Source: Paraglomus brasilianum (lineage: Eukaryota). From it: DNA of 36,599 bases. How positions within the stretch are numbered: the stretch's first letter is position 1; each line of letters starts with the position of its first letter. The position numbers and the translations under genes were made by a program. Below the pieces are notes generated by a model. It searched no databases. It was not told the origin of the DNA and saw nothing but the letters and a program-made list of their open reading frames with translations. Positions 23,074 through 35,032 of this stretch are shown piece by piece. The DNA lies in assembly GCA_910592345.1 (NCBI GenBank), contig CAJVPI010000288.1, positions 1-36,599 on the forward strand, written 5' to 3'.

Positions 23074-24867
23074 TTACAGACAATATGACTGTCCTCTGAT
23101 TTCCCTCATGACTTCTGCCATCTTCTCTCCTACAACCATATGCTCGACGTTACTGACTCTCTGTGCTTTCAGGAGACTCTCTTGTCCCATTACTTCATCC
23201 ATCTCTTCAAACTCATCCTCATCCATAGCATTTCCATTATCGCTCAATATCTCTCTCAGATGCATGAGATTGGAAATATTGCTAGGTGCCCATAAATAAT
23301 CACATAGGTGCTTCTGCTCTTTTGATACAAGAGCAAACTTCAAAATATTAGCAAGTGGAACATCCAGCGACTCATGAAGTACTATTGGTGGTGACAACGT
23401 TCCCTGTTCCGGACGCTCAGGTGGCGGAAGATGAAGAGTATGATAGTGAGTATGTTCAACCTTAATTACGTTTAACATACGCAAAGTGAAATCCAATGCT
23501 TCAGCAGATGTAATAAGTGACTGTCCAGCGAGTTCATGAATAGACTCAAATGCAGAGACGAAATATCCAAGAAATGGAAAGCATCTGTTATCAAGGCGAG
23601 CTTCATCTGGCAAATTATTACAAGCACGTTTTGCCATTATGGCAAACATTTCGAATTTACTAATCCATGAGTTGAGTATGCGTGGGCTAGTAAATTTATT
23701 AGGTGGAGTAGCGGCAGGCATGGCCGGAAACAGGTAAGTTGTAGTAACAATATTGGCGCCGTTGGTAGTGGTGTTGATAGTCTTATCGATAGCTCTCTTC
23801 TTAGGTGGGAGTGAAGATAGAATAGAATCGGATGGTGGCGATGGTAATGGAGATAAAGGGGAAGGGGAAGGGGAAGGAAGTACGTTATCGCGCGAGAATG
23901 GGTGCGGTGATGTGTCACTGGTTGGTGTCAGCGGCGCAGATGCATTGGTCGACATGGATTCGTCGCTGTAGTTCGATCTTAATATTGGTGAGGATGAGGG
24001 CGCCGTCGCACCTGCTCTGCGTCTAGCATGAGGGGCAGTTCTTGTCTTTCTTCTACTGGACGATCTTCGAGATATAGGTGGTGGTCGTTGTTTAGGAGAT
24101 GATTTCTGTGGGATTGGTATTTGTAAGTGCGACGAGTCTGGAGTTGATAGAGAACTAGTTTGGTCATCAAACTTCTCATATAAATCTGGGTATGCCTCGA
24201 TGAGTCGTCGCATCATCTCGTTGTTCTTATCTCGAGTGCATTTTTGTACTAGCCATGCCCAGCATTCAGCTATTCCCTCGTGAAATCCTATCTCGCAACA
24301 TACAGATAAACACCCGACTCCTTTTGCCAAGTTATTCGCAAGTTCACTATTCCATGCTTTAGTGTACATTAGTTTCAAAGTACAGTAGAAATTAACCATG
24401 TCTTCTTCTGCAACTCTGGCAGGTAGTCTGACTATTATCTGCTTCTCCCTTATTACATTCGATGCTGGTGATGATGGTACATTTGTTGAAGTATGAGAAA
24501 GTTGTTCTTTGAAGAATTGTGATTGGAATAATACTATGGAATGGAGTCGCAGTTCAGTGGGTATGCCTGCTTCCATTGCAAGAATTCCTTTGTCTTCGAA
24601 GGAAAGTCGCACATCGCTATACGATTCACCATTTTCCCATAGCAACTGTCCCACTGATGGATATGATGTTTGCCTACTTCGAACTCTCTGTTGTTTTCTA
24701 GACGATCGTCTGCGTGGTTCGTTGAATGATGATGACGATGAGGTAAGACTGAATTGGCTGGAATTACTATGTATGGGTCGGTCTACGTCTGAGGAGCATA
24801 TACAGTCAGTGTCTGTCACAATAGGAGGGTGTTGGTCATCATTTATTGGTAATGGTTCTATAGACAT
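23074..24867 (-). CDS. Intronless protein of about 597 aa with a BTB/POZ-like domain and Ser/Pro/Arg-rich regions
   Basis: Long open frame. YSDVRLSF...LRLHSIVLFQSQFFKEQL...LKLMY matches the BTB pattern (SDV.L, H..VL..S.FF). The first ATG is at 24867. Confidence 0.75.
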   Translation of the reverse strand: MSIEPLPINDDQHPPIVTDTDCICSSDVDRPIHSNSSQFSLTSSSSSFNEPRRRSSRKQQRVRSRQTSYPSVGQLLWENGESYSDVRLSFEDKGILAMEAGIPTELRLHSIVLFQSQFFKEQLSHTSTNVPSSPASNVIREKQIIVRLPARVAEEDMVNFYCTLKLMYTKAWNSELANNLAKGVGCLSVCCEIGFHEGIAECWAWLVQKCTRDKNNEMMRRLIEAYPDLYEKFDDQTSSLSTPDSSHLQIPIPQKSSPKQRPPPISRRSSSRRKTRTAPHARRRAGATAPSSSPILRSNYSDESMSTNASAPLTPTSDTSPHPFSRDNVLPSPSPSPLSPLPSPPSDSILSSLPPKKRAIDKTINTTTNGANIVTTTYLFPAMPAATPPNKFTSPRILNSWISKFEMFAIMAKRACNNLPDEARLDNRCFPFLGYFVSAFESIHELAGQSLITSAEALDFTLRMLNVIKVEHTHYHTLHLPPPERPEQGTLSPPIVLHESLDVPLANILKFALVSKEQKHLCDYLWAPSNISNLMHLREILSDNGNAMDEDEFEEMDEVMGQESLLKAQRVSNVEHMVVGEKMAEVMREIRGQSYCL

Positions 24868-26438
24868 TGACAAGGGCTTATAGTGAGAGTGAACGAAAGA
24901 GTGAGTGGGATGTATTTCTTATTTGGATTGTTCAGGATAGGATTTAGTCCTGTATAAAAATTTTAAACGCAATTGCTTTTGACAATATAGACATATGTTG
25001 GTTATGAAGTAGTCGACCTTTACTCTCTGCTTTCTATGCTTGCCGAAGTAGATAGGTCCTTCTTTATTAATATTAACCACACGTACGAAGTTGCTTCGGC
25101 CGATAAATAGTAGACAAGTGAGGTGGTGGGAATAGGGTATTTATTTCAGTGTTTTGGGGGTGAACATAATGGATGAAGATCATACGTATGGTCTATTATA
25201 TAATAATAAGGCGTATATTAATATTGTTACACGAATTATACCATCTGGGTAGGTAGTAGTAGGCAATAGGCAATAGTACAGTATTAGTATTGTCTTGTAT
25301 GTCTTGTACCAGTGACGACACAGATGATTTATAATAACACAAGAAGTTATAGGTTGTCATATTATTTGTAATATATATTAATATGTTATAATTACAATCT
25401 TATTATTGCGTTAATTCATAAGATGTTAATTCAGAATTTTGTCAACCATAACGGCCGTAATTCCCGCAAGTGTCGAATATGTAAGCTCTTCAATACGTTC
25501 ATTTATATTGTTTGATTGACATGCGAAAACTTCTTACCTATCCTTGGCGATCAGGCTAACCATGTTAAATAACCATGTGTTGCTGGGATCCCACATCGAG
25601 TCATTTAGTCATTACTTTCTGAGTAATACATGAGTAACACGACCCACGTGCCTTCATTTTTAGTTTGCGTCACAATTCTTCAGAAGAGAGAGAAGAGAGG
25701 CTACATAAATTTTATTGACAAAGTGTTTGCTTGTACGTAATATAAATCAAGACACTTATATAATAGTAGAACACATTCCCTTTACACTTCATTGTCTCTT
25801 GCGACCATGATAATAGCTTTCTGCATGCTTATATTCGCGAACCAGAAGGAAATGAGGCAGTACTTTGTTAGCAAAACTGGTCGTGTCAGTCAACCTTAAA
25901 GAAATTTTATCTAGAACAAGCAAATCTGTAATCACCTCAAACTCTCTCATGACTATACCGAGTTCCAGTTGTGTACACAATCTTTCTCTTTGTTTCTATT
26001 AGTAATGGCTAATATCCATTCAGAGTGATACGTCTTAACACGGGTGTATCCAAAACTTTCGAAGACTCATAATTAACAATGTCCAGATCTTACCAAGTCC
26101 GATTACCGTATCCTTCCGAATTTAAGCACCACTTTTTTTAGGGGAAAATCGGGACAAAATTCCTAGTGGTGCTGGAAGTTTTTTTTTTTGTACGCCATAC
26201 CCCTTTACTCCGCATCTTTTCTTTACGCAATGCCAAAAATTCAACGCTCATCATATTCTGCTTAAAGTTTTGCAATATGCAGAACTTTATGGTATAAGAG
26301 TAGCTGCTCGTCATTTTAATATTGACCATTCAATGATTTCTCGTTGGGGAAAAATAGAAGAAAAACTCAAGTTAGCTAAAGGGAAAAATCGGCGTATTGG
26401 TTCAGGAAGAAAGGAAAAATATCCCGAAGCTGAAGCTA

Positions 26439-27819
26439 CACCCCCCTACCAAAAATGACCGCCACTTTGTGATCAGCAAATAATATTTCGCCTCGTGACC
26501 AATTTTCAAATCAGCGTATGCAGACGTAAATCTAATCAAATTGCGATTGCTTTTTTTTCCCAAGTAGCTGAAAACAGTAGCTTTTAGAACTCATAAAAGT
26601 TCTTTTAGTTTTATAAACCAAATCCTGTAGAAATGAAAAGCCGCCGTGAATTGACTGTTTTTGAGCGTGGAATGATCATTGGACTTCATAAGGGTGATCA
26701 TAATCCTACAGATATCTCTCGAATTCTCGGTATAGCCAGATCCACTTGCCGTGATGTTATAAACAAATTTGTCACAGATCAACTCCCCAAACCTCTCCCT
26801 CGTCCGGGTAAACCACCACTTTTGAGCAAGCGTGAAGAGCGAGCACTCGTACGTATAGCCAAGGAAGATAGGAAAGAATCTCTTGAACAACTTACTGAGA
26901 AATACAATAGCCTTAGTCTTACTTCGGTTAGTACTAGTACAGCTAGACGTGTGCTTCACAATCATGAGTATTTTGGCCGCATTGGGAAGAGAAAACCCTT
27001 TGTTTCAGAAACCAATAGAATAAAACGGTTTAGATGGTGTCAAGAACGGGGATTTTGTGATGAGCAATGGGATACAGTCATTTGGAGTGATGAATCCCGG
27101 TTTGTTTTATTTGAGAATGATGGCCAGCAATGGGTTTGGCGTAGACCTCATGAGAAATATGATGTAGATTGTTTGGTTCCTACTGTGAAGAGTAATAGTG
27201 AAGGGGTAATGGTTTGGGGTTGTTTTGTTAAGAATAGGCTAGGTCCATTAGTGGTAATAGAAGGAAGAATTACAGGTCAGGTTTATCAAAAACTTTTAAC
27301 AGATCATTAATACCCTTTATTGAAAGCCTGGATGATGAAAATACATTTGTTTTCCAAGATGACAATGCACCTGTTCATAGAGCCAGTTCTGTGCTTGCTT
27401 GGAAAGAGGAAAATTTACTATCTTCTCTTCCATGGCCTGCTCAAAGCCCAGATCTCAATCCAATTGAGCATTTGTGGGATCATCTTGGAAGACAAGTGCA
27501 TAAGCATAAACCTATGCCAAAAAATAAGGGGGAACTAATTGCAGTTTTAGAAGAGGAGTGGTTGAAAATTGAGGGAAGTGTTTTAGAAAATTTAGTAAAT
27601 AGCATGCCTCGAAGAATTAGTGCTGTAATTAATAGTAGAGGAAATCCCACAAAATATCAACATTATAATTAAAAAGTTCATAACCAGAGGATTATAATAA
27701 TATAAATTTTATTAAATGTTATAAGTAAAGTTTTCAAGAAAATCTAATTTCAATTTTAGTAAAAATTGTAAAGCTATGCAGATCATCTGAAAGTGGCGGT
27801 CATTTTTGGTAGTGGGGTG
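26439..27819 (+). mobile_element. Full-length Tc1 (DD34E) transposon
   Basis: 30-bp TIRs CACCCC(C/A)CTACCAAAAATGACCGCCACTTT with one mismatch, TA duplication at 26437-38 and 27820-21, transposase inside. Confidence 0.95.
26633..27672 (+). pseudogene. Tc1 transposase with a single 1-nt frameshift near 27307
   Basis: HTH N-terminus, WSDES and VMVWGCF, then in a shifted frame FQDDNAPVH...WPAQSPDLNPIEHLW...SMPRR...GNPTKY. There are 34 residues between the second D and the E. Confidence 0.92.
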
Positions 27820-28215
27820 TAGTTTAAAAACGTGGCTTATAGAATTTAGATATAGATAGTGATTCAGCTGATGAATTAGAAGAGGAAGAATTAGAATAAA
27901 AATATAATAAAAAATTTTTTTGCATAAATTTTGGGTGGTGCTTATTTTTGTTTTTCAAGTTTTTCCGCCTAAAGTCCGGGTGGTGCTTAAATTCGGAAGG
28001 ATACGGTATGTCGTTTATATCCCTACCCAAAAAGTCTCAGTCCCAAGGTGGGGTATAAACGAGGGACGTGTATGTGCAACAAGCATAAAGAGGAAGGGAT
28101 GGTCGAGTGCTTGAACAAGGGCAAATAATTGGCACTTTTGAGAATGAACGAATAGCAGAGAAACTAACAGAAGTTAAGCAAAGCAAAATATTCCCTCTTT
28201 GAATAATTCCAAATA

Positions 28216-28290
28216 CAGTCAACTTGTGTTAATTCAGACACCAACTTTTCGAGACTGTCGTCCGAATTAACGTATATGGACGAATTATCG
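28216..28290 (+). mobile_element. Orphan left end of a Tigger-like element
   Basis: Starts TA|CAGTCAACTTGTGTTAATTCAGACAC, followed by repeated CGAATTA motifs. No matching right end found. Confidence 0.45.
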
Positions 28291-28718
28291 ATCATGAATA
28301 TTTATATTGTAATGCACGATAACTTTCCTGTTTTTTTTCGCGGCAGTTAGAAGCGTATACGTTTTCGAACACTTTTAGCGGTATCATTTTTGTAATGATC
28401 CATCAAATTTTTTACAAAGCGTCCAAATTGAAGTTGTCTTTTACAATTAATTATATAATTGTTTATTGAGCTGAATTATCAAAATACCATAATATCGGAC
28501 GAATAAAAGGAATATGATACGAAAAAAGAGTCCGATCTGAAATAAATACGCAGTCAGTCTCGATAACTCGGCCAAAATCTTTCGGCCGTTTTTTTCACTA
28601 CTGTAAATTCTTGATAAGTTGGTCTCCCGTGACAATGGGGGTTCACTAAAGCGAACACTGTTCACAACTATTTTCAATATTAATTATAATATATTCCGAC
28701 CGAAGTATAAAAATTGTA

Positions 28719-29887
28719 CAGTGACACCTCCATAAATGCAACCCCCCCGTTTTCTGCAATGCAACGGATTTGCGAGTCCCGCTCTACACTGCCCTACCAT
28801 AAATTACCGGATTTCATGTATTTTTACTAGTAAAACATATGAAAAGTCTTTTTTTTTTTTTTTCAAAAATCTCTCCTGCCCGTGAATGACAATAATTTTT
28901 GTACGGGTTTGAAGCTAATTAATTGTGCTTTTCGAAAAAAGTTAACGGTAAATTATACTGTATATATCATCATTATAAAGCTATAGCTTTGTGAAGTGGC
29001 TGTCTTTAAATTATGGTATAAAATATATGGAGTGCATATTCTTACTTCCTTGATTCTACAGTTTTATAACAAAAATGTATATAATTTGCTGTTGATTTTT
29101 TTCAAAAGGCACAATTAATTAGCTTCAAAACCATACAAAAACTATTGTCGTTCACATAGTACGCATTCTCTAAGTGCAACTCACGTGATTTGCATAATGT
29201 TATTTGTTGCTCAACACAATGTAGCACAAATTTGTTTCACGTACAATATCAAGTCAAACAAACATCACTATTCGCGCACATTATTTGTTATAGATCGAGT
29301 TTTACATCCGTGTGAAGATTGCTATTTTCTTTTTTTGCGTTTGACTTTTATCACTGTTTACAATAGCATTGAAACAGCAGACGGATTTTAATTAATTATT
29401 ACTATTATAGATCCAGTTGTGCAAAGGAAAGATTCTTTCGGTGTTTGAGTTAGAAACTGTTTGTTTATGTTTCATTTTACAAACTAGCAGAAGAGCTTTA
29501 ATTGTTTAACGTAGATATTGTTGAAAAGTATAAAAGTGATGGAGTTCGAAGAGGAAGAGCGAAATTGTCTCGCAATCAATCTAATAAAACCAACTACATT
29601 ACCTGATAAACAAAAACTTGAATTTTGTCAATATGCCCATGATCATAAAGAAGTCCTTGAAGGATATGTCGACCGGATTAAAGTTAACTTTAATGAAACA
29701 AAGTAGTATTACACAATTCTTAGTTAACAATTAGTGATATTGATATCCAAATTTTGTATGTAACTTTGGCTGGAAATTATAATAATAATAAAGGAAAATC
29801 TGTTTAATAGACGTAAATCGTTAAAATATCTTTCCTAATAAGGAACACCCCCCCCCCCATAAATGCAACGCTATGGAGGTGTTACTG
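28719..29887 (+). mobile_element. Non-autonomous pogo/Tigger element related to the element at 1-201
   Basis: Termini TA|CAGTGACACCTCCATAAATGCAAC ... TATGGAGGTGTTACTG|TA, internal CCATAAATGCAAC repeat, and a short HTH-like remnant (LPDKQKLEFCQYAHDH). Confidence 0.8.
28787..29160. mobile_element. Foldback/Tc1-like MITE nested in the 28719-29887 element, right tip lost
   Basis: Starts TA|CACTGCCCTACCATAAATTACCGG. Inverted arms GTGAATGACAATAATTTTTGTACGGGTTTGAAGCTAATTAATTGTGC and GCACAATTAATTAGCTTCAAAACCATACAAAAACTATTGTCGTTCAC. Confidence 0.7.
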
Positions 29888-29949
29888 TATGACGAATGCC
29901 GATTATTGTGTTAATTAGAAATTATCAAAAAGTCACATGCTGTACAATC

Positions 29950-29973
29950 AATAATAATAATAATAATAATAAT
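29950..29973 (+). repeat. (AAT)8 microsatellite
   Basis: Seen directly. Confidence 0.9.
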
Positions 29974-30055
29974 AAATATGCTGGATACGCGTTAAACACT
30001 GCATTTCCCTTGTCTATAAGCTTGCTCTCTATCAGTGTCGTGTCGCCATCAAATA

Positions 30056-31206
30056 CAGTGAACTACTGTCTATAGTCCCTTCGTTTATAGTCACTATCTG
30101 CCTATAGTCACAATCTCTAATAAAATCTCTGAACGTCACATATGATCACGTGTTTGTTTGATTTTGTAAGACGCGGCACTTTATTGCTCCTACAATTTCA
30201 CAAAAAAATGCTAAAAACTAATAGCAATCTCATCTCTCTGGAGACAAAAAAGGCACTGTGTCTGTACAAACGGGATCATCCCTAATTGTTCAGCAAAAAA
30301 TTGATGGAAACGTTTAACCTCAACGTTGACCGTTCAACAATCACTAAAATTTTAGCTGAATCACGAACGATGAATTAAAAGGATACTTTGGCGAAACTGG
30401 ACAGCTAATGAAAGAGAGAAAAGAATCATTTGTCAAAACTAATGATGCCTTGAAACCAGTGCAATTGTTGCCAACAATATTATCAACGGCAAAATTTTAC
30501 AGATAACGGCACTCGAGTTTGCTCAGCAATTCCCCGAAGAAAGTCATTTCAAGGCCTCGGATGTATGGTTAGATGGTTTTATAATTTACATTAGGTTAGG
30601 TTGCACGGCAAAGCAAACAGCGTGCCATTAGAAACATTACCAGAAGGCAGAGATAACCTGCGTGAAATAATCGGTAAGTATAGCTTAAATGATGTCTATA
30701 ATGCGGATAAAATATCCTTGTTTTTTAGGATGCCCACCAAACATGACACTTGCGACAGGAAATACATTCGGCACCAAGCAAGATAAAACACGAATCACTG
30801 TCCTCCTTGCTTGCAATGCAACAGGTAATGACAAATTGCAACCACTTGTCGTCGGAAAAACTGCACGTCCACAATGTTTTCGTCAAATGAACATGAAATC
30901 CTTCCCGTTACTTATCGTAACAATCCAAGGCATGGATGCGCAGAGATATCTTCAGCGAATGGTTAGCCTCATTAAACAAAGAGATGCGTCAGAAGAATAG
31001 AAACATTATGTTACTAGCTGACAATAACTTTTTCAATAACATTATATTCTGAATATTATACTTATCTTCATAAATATTTTCTTCTTCTCTGAATTACAAA
31101 AATGAAGACATTAAGGGAAACGGAGAAATAAAACACGTGCCATTGTCTATAATCTCACCAAAAATGGGCTGCCAAAAGGGTGTGACTATAGAACAGTAGT
31201 TCACCG
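30056..31206 (+). mobile_element. Decayed Tigger/CENP-B-like pogo transposon with transposase pseudogene
   Basis: Termini TA|CAGTGAACTACTGTCTATAGTC ... GACTATAGAACAGTAGTTCACCG|TA. Fragments FKASDVWLDGF, VYNADKISLFFRMP, KTRITVLLACNATGNDKLQPLVVGKTARPQCF and AWMRRDIF carry frameshifts and stops. Confidence 0.9.
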
Positions 31207-32226
31207 TAATATCGAAGATGCTGAAATTATCTTCCAATAAACGTTCTCACACGAAACGTTCATTTTAAAAAAACCACGAACATTTACAATTGCTCAAAAA
31301 AGGGAACTGGAGAGTGAGAAAGGTATCATCGGCAGAAGCTGGTAATAACATTTGTTATACATGCCAAGAGGAGTTAAATATGGAATTGCAAACCTTAAGA
31401 TTCACGAGATTTTGTATTGTAGTCAATATTTTTATTTGATATTCATATTGGAACAACGAATCTTTCAGACAATCGAAGCAATTCTGCGCTTCGTTAAAGT
31501 GAATTTCACTGTGTATGAAAATTGTGAAAAGTCCTTTTTGTGAAGCGATCCCATTGTAATGAGATCCATTATAACGAGCTTTTTGTGACAAACAAATCAG
31601 GGTACCCAGTGCCAGGAACGTAAACTCATTGGTTGGCTTAAAATCTTCAATAAAATTCGGTTCTTCATTCCAAATTATCTCTATGTATGTATCTTTGATT
31701 AGCTTTTTAAATCACCCTTAATTCTACACTTTCTCCTTCTCTCACTACGTCACAGCAATCAAAAGCACAAGCACAAAAAAGCATAGTAGCCAAAACGCTA
31801 GTAATTACGATAATCCCTCCCGTATACAGAAAGACCAATTACTAATGTTAATATAGAAATAAGAGCAGAGATACAGGCTGCCACTAATCACCCTTTTGAC
31901 ATAATATAATATTTTAATTCTTACCTATATACTTAAACAATTTTACTTATATCCTCGGCGGATGTACTCTCAAAAACTAGGATTATTATAACTCCTTTTT
32001 TACTGGCTCCCTTTAGTTCTTTTCCACAGCTATAACAAGCACATTTATCATCCGGACGATTGCCGATTGCTTTATGGAACTTGTCGAAGCGGGGAATATG
32101 CGGAGCACACGATAAATATTCTTCAAGACTTAGACGTTCTGAGGGTTAAATAAAACGTTGAATAACATTACGAGGTGTAAACAATAAGAGAGTGTATGGA
32201 AGATTTAATATAATGAAACTATTACA

Positions 32227-33217
32227 TAGTGAACCCGAACCCCAGATATAACGAATTTGGCTTATAACGAAGCTTTTTTGCTGCACGAAAAATTTTAATA
32301 GTAAAATTGTTTGGATATAACGAAGTTAATTATAAATCCCTCTATATTGGATATACCGAAGGGAACCTCCACACCATCATATTTAAATTCCCAATCTTTA
32401 TTATATTAATATCGATATATAGAGCAAGTATTAATAAAGTTTTCGCTGAAATCTCGATGAATGGAGTTGTCAAGTGCAACATATAAAACCAAAAATTCTA
32501 GAGCAGCAGCATTCCGGAGCGCAAAAAAAAAGACCTATGTCAGAAAAAAACTAGACAATCCTTCTCTTACCAACAAAGATCTTGCTAGGCTTTTTCATTG
32601 TGGGGAGTCAACAGTGAGTGAAATATTGGCAGTGGCTCAGTGTTGATAAAACATCGTCGTCGTAAAGTGATTATCCAAATATTGAAGAGGCAATGGTCTT
32701 TGGATCGAAAATGCTGTTCGCGACAACATAACACTCACAGATCATATTATAAAACAAAAAGCATAGAAAACTATATAAATATCGACAAAGCTATCGACTT
32801 AAACAATAATGCTGATGATGCCACTTTAACGCAACAAATAATTGACACTATCAACCAGGTTGACGGTCAAGAAGACGAAAACGTTCAACCGGAACGGATT
32901 ATTACGCTTTAGTTGGAATTGATAGTGTTTTGGCATATATTGCTCAGAAAAATCTTGGAGTAGAAGTGTCGGTTGTTAGGTGTTTGACTAAATTGAGAAG
33001 AACGATATCACAAAGCAGTCTAGAATTGGCACGTCAAACAACGCTTGATGAATTTGAATTTGTAAAATTTGTAAATCTTGAATTACATTTACAATAAAGA
33101 TATAACGGAACTTATTTATATAACAATGTGTATTACTATATTTAGATATATGTATGAAACTGGATATAACGAAGAAAAGTGTCTGCGCCGTCTCCTTCGT
33201 TATATCCGGTTTCACTG
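32227..33217 (+). mobile_element. Internally deleted Tigger-like element
   Basis: Termini AGTGAACCC..AGATATAACGAA and TTCGTTATATCCGGTTTCACTG, several internal ATATAACGAA repeats, an HTH remnant PSLTNKDLARLFHCGESTVSEIL and a C-terminal RQTTLDEF. Ends are approximate. Confidence 0.8.
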
Positions 33218-34270
33218 TGTACTATGTAACTCTACCCCATGTACACACTTCTGTCCCAAATGCCCGAATTATAAAGTTGCTACCTGGTTAGTGGCAGCAA
33301 GTGTTTGCTGCAACACTTCCAGCCTCTTCTCCTTCTCTTTAAGCTCTCTCTCCTCTCTGCTCCCTGAACGTCTTCAGCTCCGCCTTCGCGCTTTCAATTC
33401 TCTCGATACTTGTTCGTTTGTTGTGATGGAAAGATGCGTTGCGCGCGCGATGTGATGCTAATATTTAATACAGATCAGTGGCTTGATCAATGACGTATTC
33501 CATTATTATTATGCAGTGCGAGTGAGTTCTTTCATGGAATATTTATTTATTGGCTTCGTTCTCGGTCTGTTGCTGGCTTAATAATATGGAAGCCCAGACG
33601 GTAAAGGTCTGGGAGATGGTTTTGGCTAGGCGGAGTGGGACTGGCAACAAAGTGATGTGTGGGTATATTTCAGATTCTCTCTAGTGGAACCGATGTTAAG
33701 AAAGTGTTGGAAACTATCACAGAGAATCATACTGGGGGTATATTCACGTAGTATTTTTAATAACAAAACCAAAAGTGTAAACAAATAAGTTATGTGACTG
33801 AGTTTTCTTGTCGGCATTACATGCATGAGAATAGAACGCACAACTGTTAGTTGACTGTTTTGATTAGACGCGTATTTTGGAAGGAAATAAGTTTATGCAT
33901 TTTATTCCAAAAACTTTTTTGCGCACTGTATTTTATTTTATGGGCGGCGTAATTTGCCTTGGGTATTGCCGAGAGAGTTGTATGCTCGCTTCAGAACCGT
34001 TCGACTGTATTGATATGTTACAATCCATCCGGCGTAAAGGTGCTTCAATCGAAATATCGCAAACTAGGGTTCTTGATGCATGATGTTTTCACTATTTAGC
34101 ATACAGAGGATGACTCATTGCTCATTAATCCATTTGTCAAGGACACCATCTTCCCACTCGCATGATAATGATAACAACTCAACTGTAGTGACATCAATTG
34201 CCTCTTCCGTATTAAAATACCAGCCTTGACTGAACAAAAACATGAATTCTGTTTATTGATCCTCTTGCCC

Positions 34271-34854
34271 TCATGCATAAGGCATCAACACTTTCAATTT
34301 CTTCCTTTGCATCTTTTCCGCATACGCTGGGAATTTCAGTCGCCTCAATCGATTTTTAGTTGCTAGATAATTACAGTGCTGTTTGCCTGCTTTTGCTCTT
34401 TTGAACTTACCATTGCCCGTCATTCGAAACCTGTGAATATGTATAGGTATATATATAGCGAACCGGAACCGAATTTAAGAAGAATGATTGTATTGATACG
34501 GTCATAATAATTTGGTCTTGCGCATGTACCAACCGTAATTAACCTTACCGTTTCTTCGCTCCAGAATGGGTCTTTATCTTGTATGTCTTGAACCTCTTTA
34601 ATATCAACGGTGACAAGAATGAGGGCGTCTTAGCGGTTCCTATATTACCTGGCTTGATCACAGCACCATTGTATGTAGAATAGAACAGGGAATTAATTTG
34701 CGGACGTGGGAGTGTGTGTGGGGCAAATAGTCGCTTTGGTGCCGAAAAGAATATCCGCCCTAAGAAGATAATTTATGAGCAAAACTTTGTGACATTGAGC
34801 CGGAAAAAGGTTTCAAAATATATTACTATTACCGCGTAAGAGTGAAGATAACAT
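34271..34854 (-). CDS. bL35m: Mitochondrial ribosomal protein bL35m, 130 aa; exons 34854-34833, 34759-34549, 34430-34271
   Basis: Spliced translation is MLSSLLRGRIFFSAPKR...YKIKTHSGAKKRFRMTGNGKFKRAKAGKQH...RKKLKVLMPYA*. This is the L35 signature preceded by an Arg/Ser-rich presequence. Confidence 0.95.
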
Positions 34855-35032
34855 GGGCAACTCTATAGACTAAGGTATCACACAAAATGAATTTCATTAT
34901 AGCCACCCGATCAAGAATGCATTCTCGCTTTAATGTGGCGCCACACAAATTTTGGCCAATGATAAATTTTTGGTGATACAATGCTATGCATATATGAATC
35001 ATCTCTTCGGGATTAGAACAAAATAGATAAAC
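34855..35032. promoter_or_regulatory. Probable bidirectional promoter shared by bL35m and COX13
   Basis: 178 bp between the divergent start codons. Confidence 0.6.

Larger units (their letters stand above)
26106..28006 (+). mobile_element. Internally deleted pogo-like element (Brinker-like DNA-binding N-terminus) carrying a nested Tc1
   Basis: Perfect TIRs CCGTATCCTTCCGAATTTAAGCACCAC with TA at both ends. The remnant YAELYGIRVAARHFNIDHSMISRW...GSGRKEKYPEAEA continues after the insert as SLKTWLIEFR, then jumps to an acidic tail DSDSADELEEEELE*. Confidence 0.9.

Noticed and set aside
25780..26000. Possible two terminal exons on the minus strand (…ERLCTQLELG/MQKAIIMVARDNEV*)
   Set aside because: Weak splice sites, no recognisable homology and no traceable upstream exons.
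31934..32131. About 65 open codons on the minus strand with a CxCxxC motif
   Set aside because: No ATG or clear splice context, and it lies among TE debris.
33240..33452. Minus-strand Glu/Lys/Arg-rich coiled-coil-like fragment (…RELKEKEKRLEVLQQTL)
   Set aside because: It needs a frameshift and has no start or family signature. It may be a pseudogene scrap but cannot be called.
34650..34669. Minus-strand ATG GTG CTG TGA, a possible selenocysteine or readthrough frame
   Set aside because: The same bases are read without a stop in the bL35m frame.
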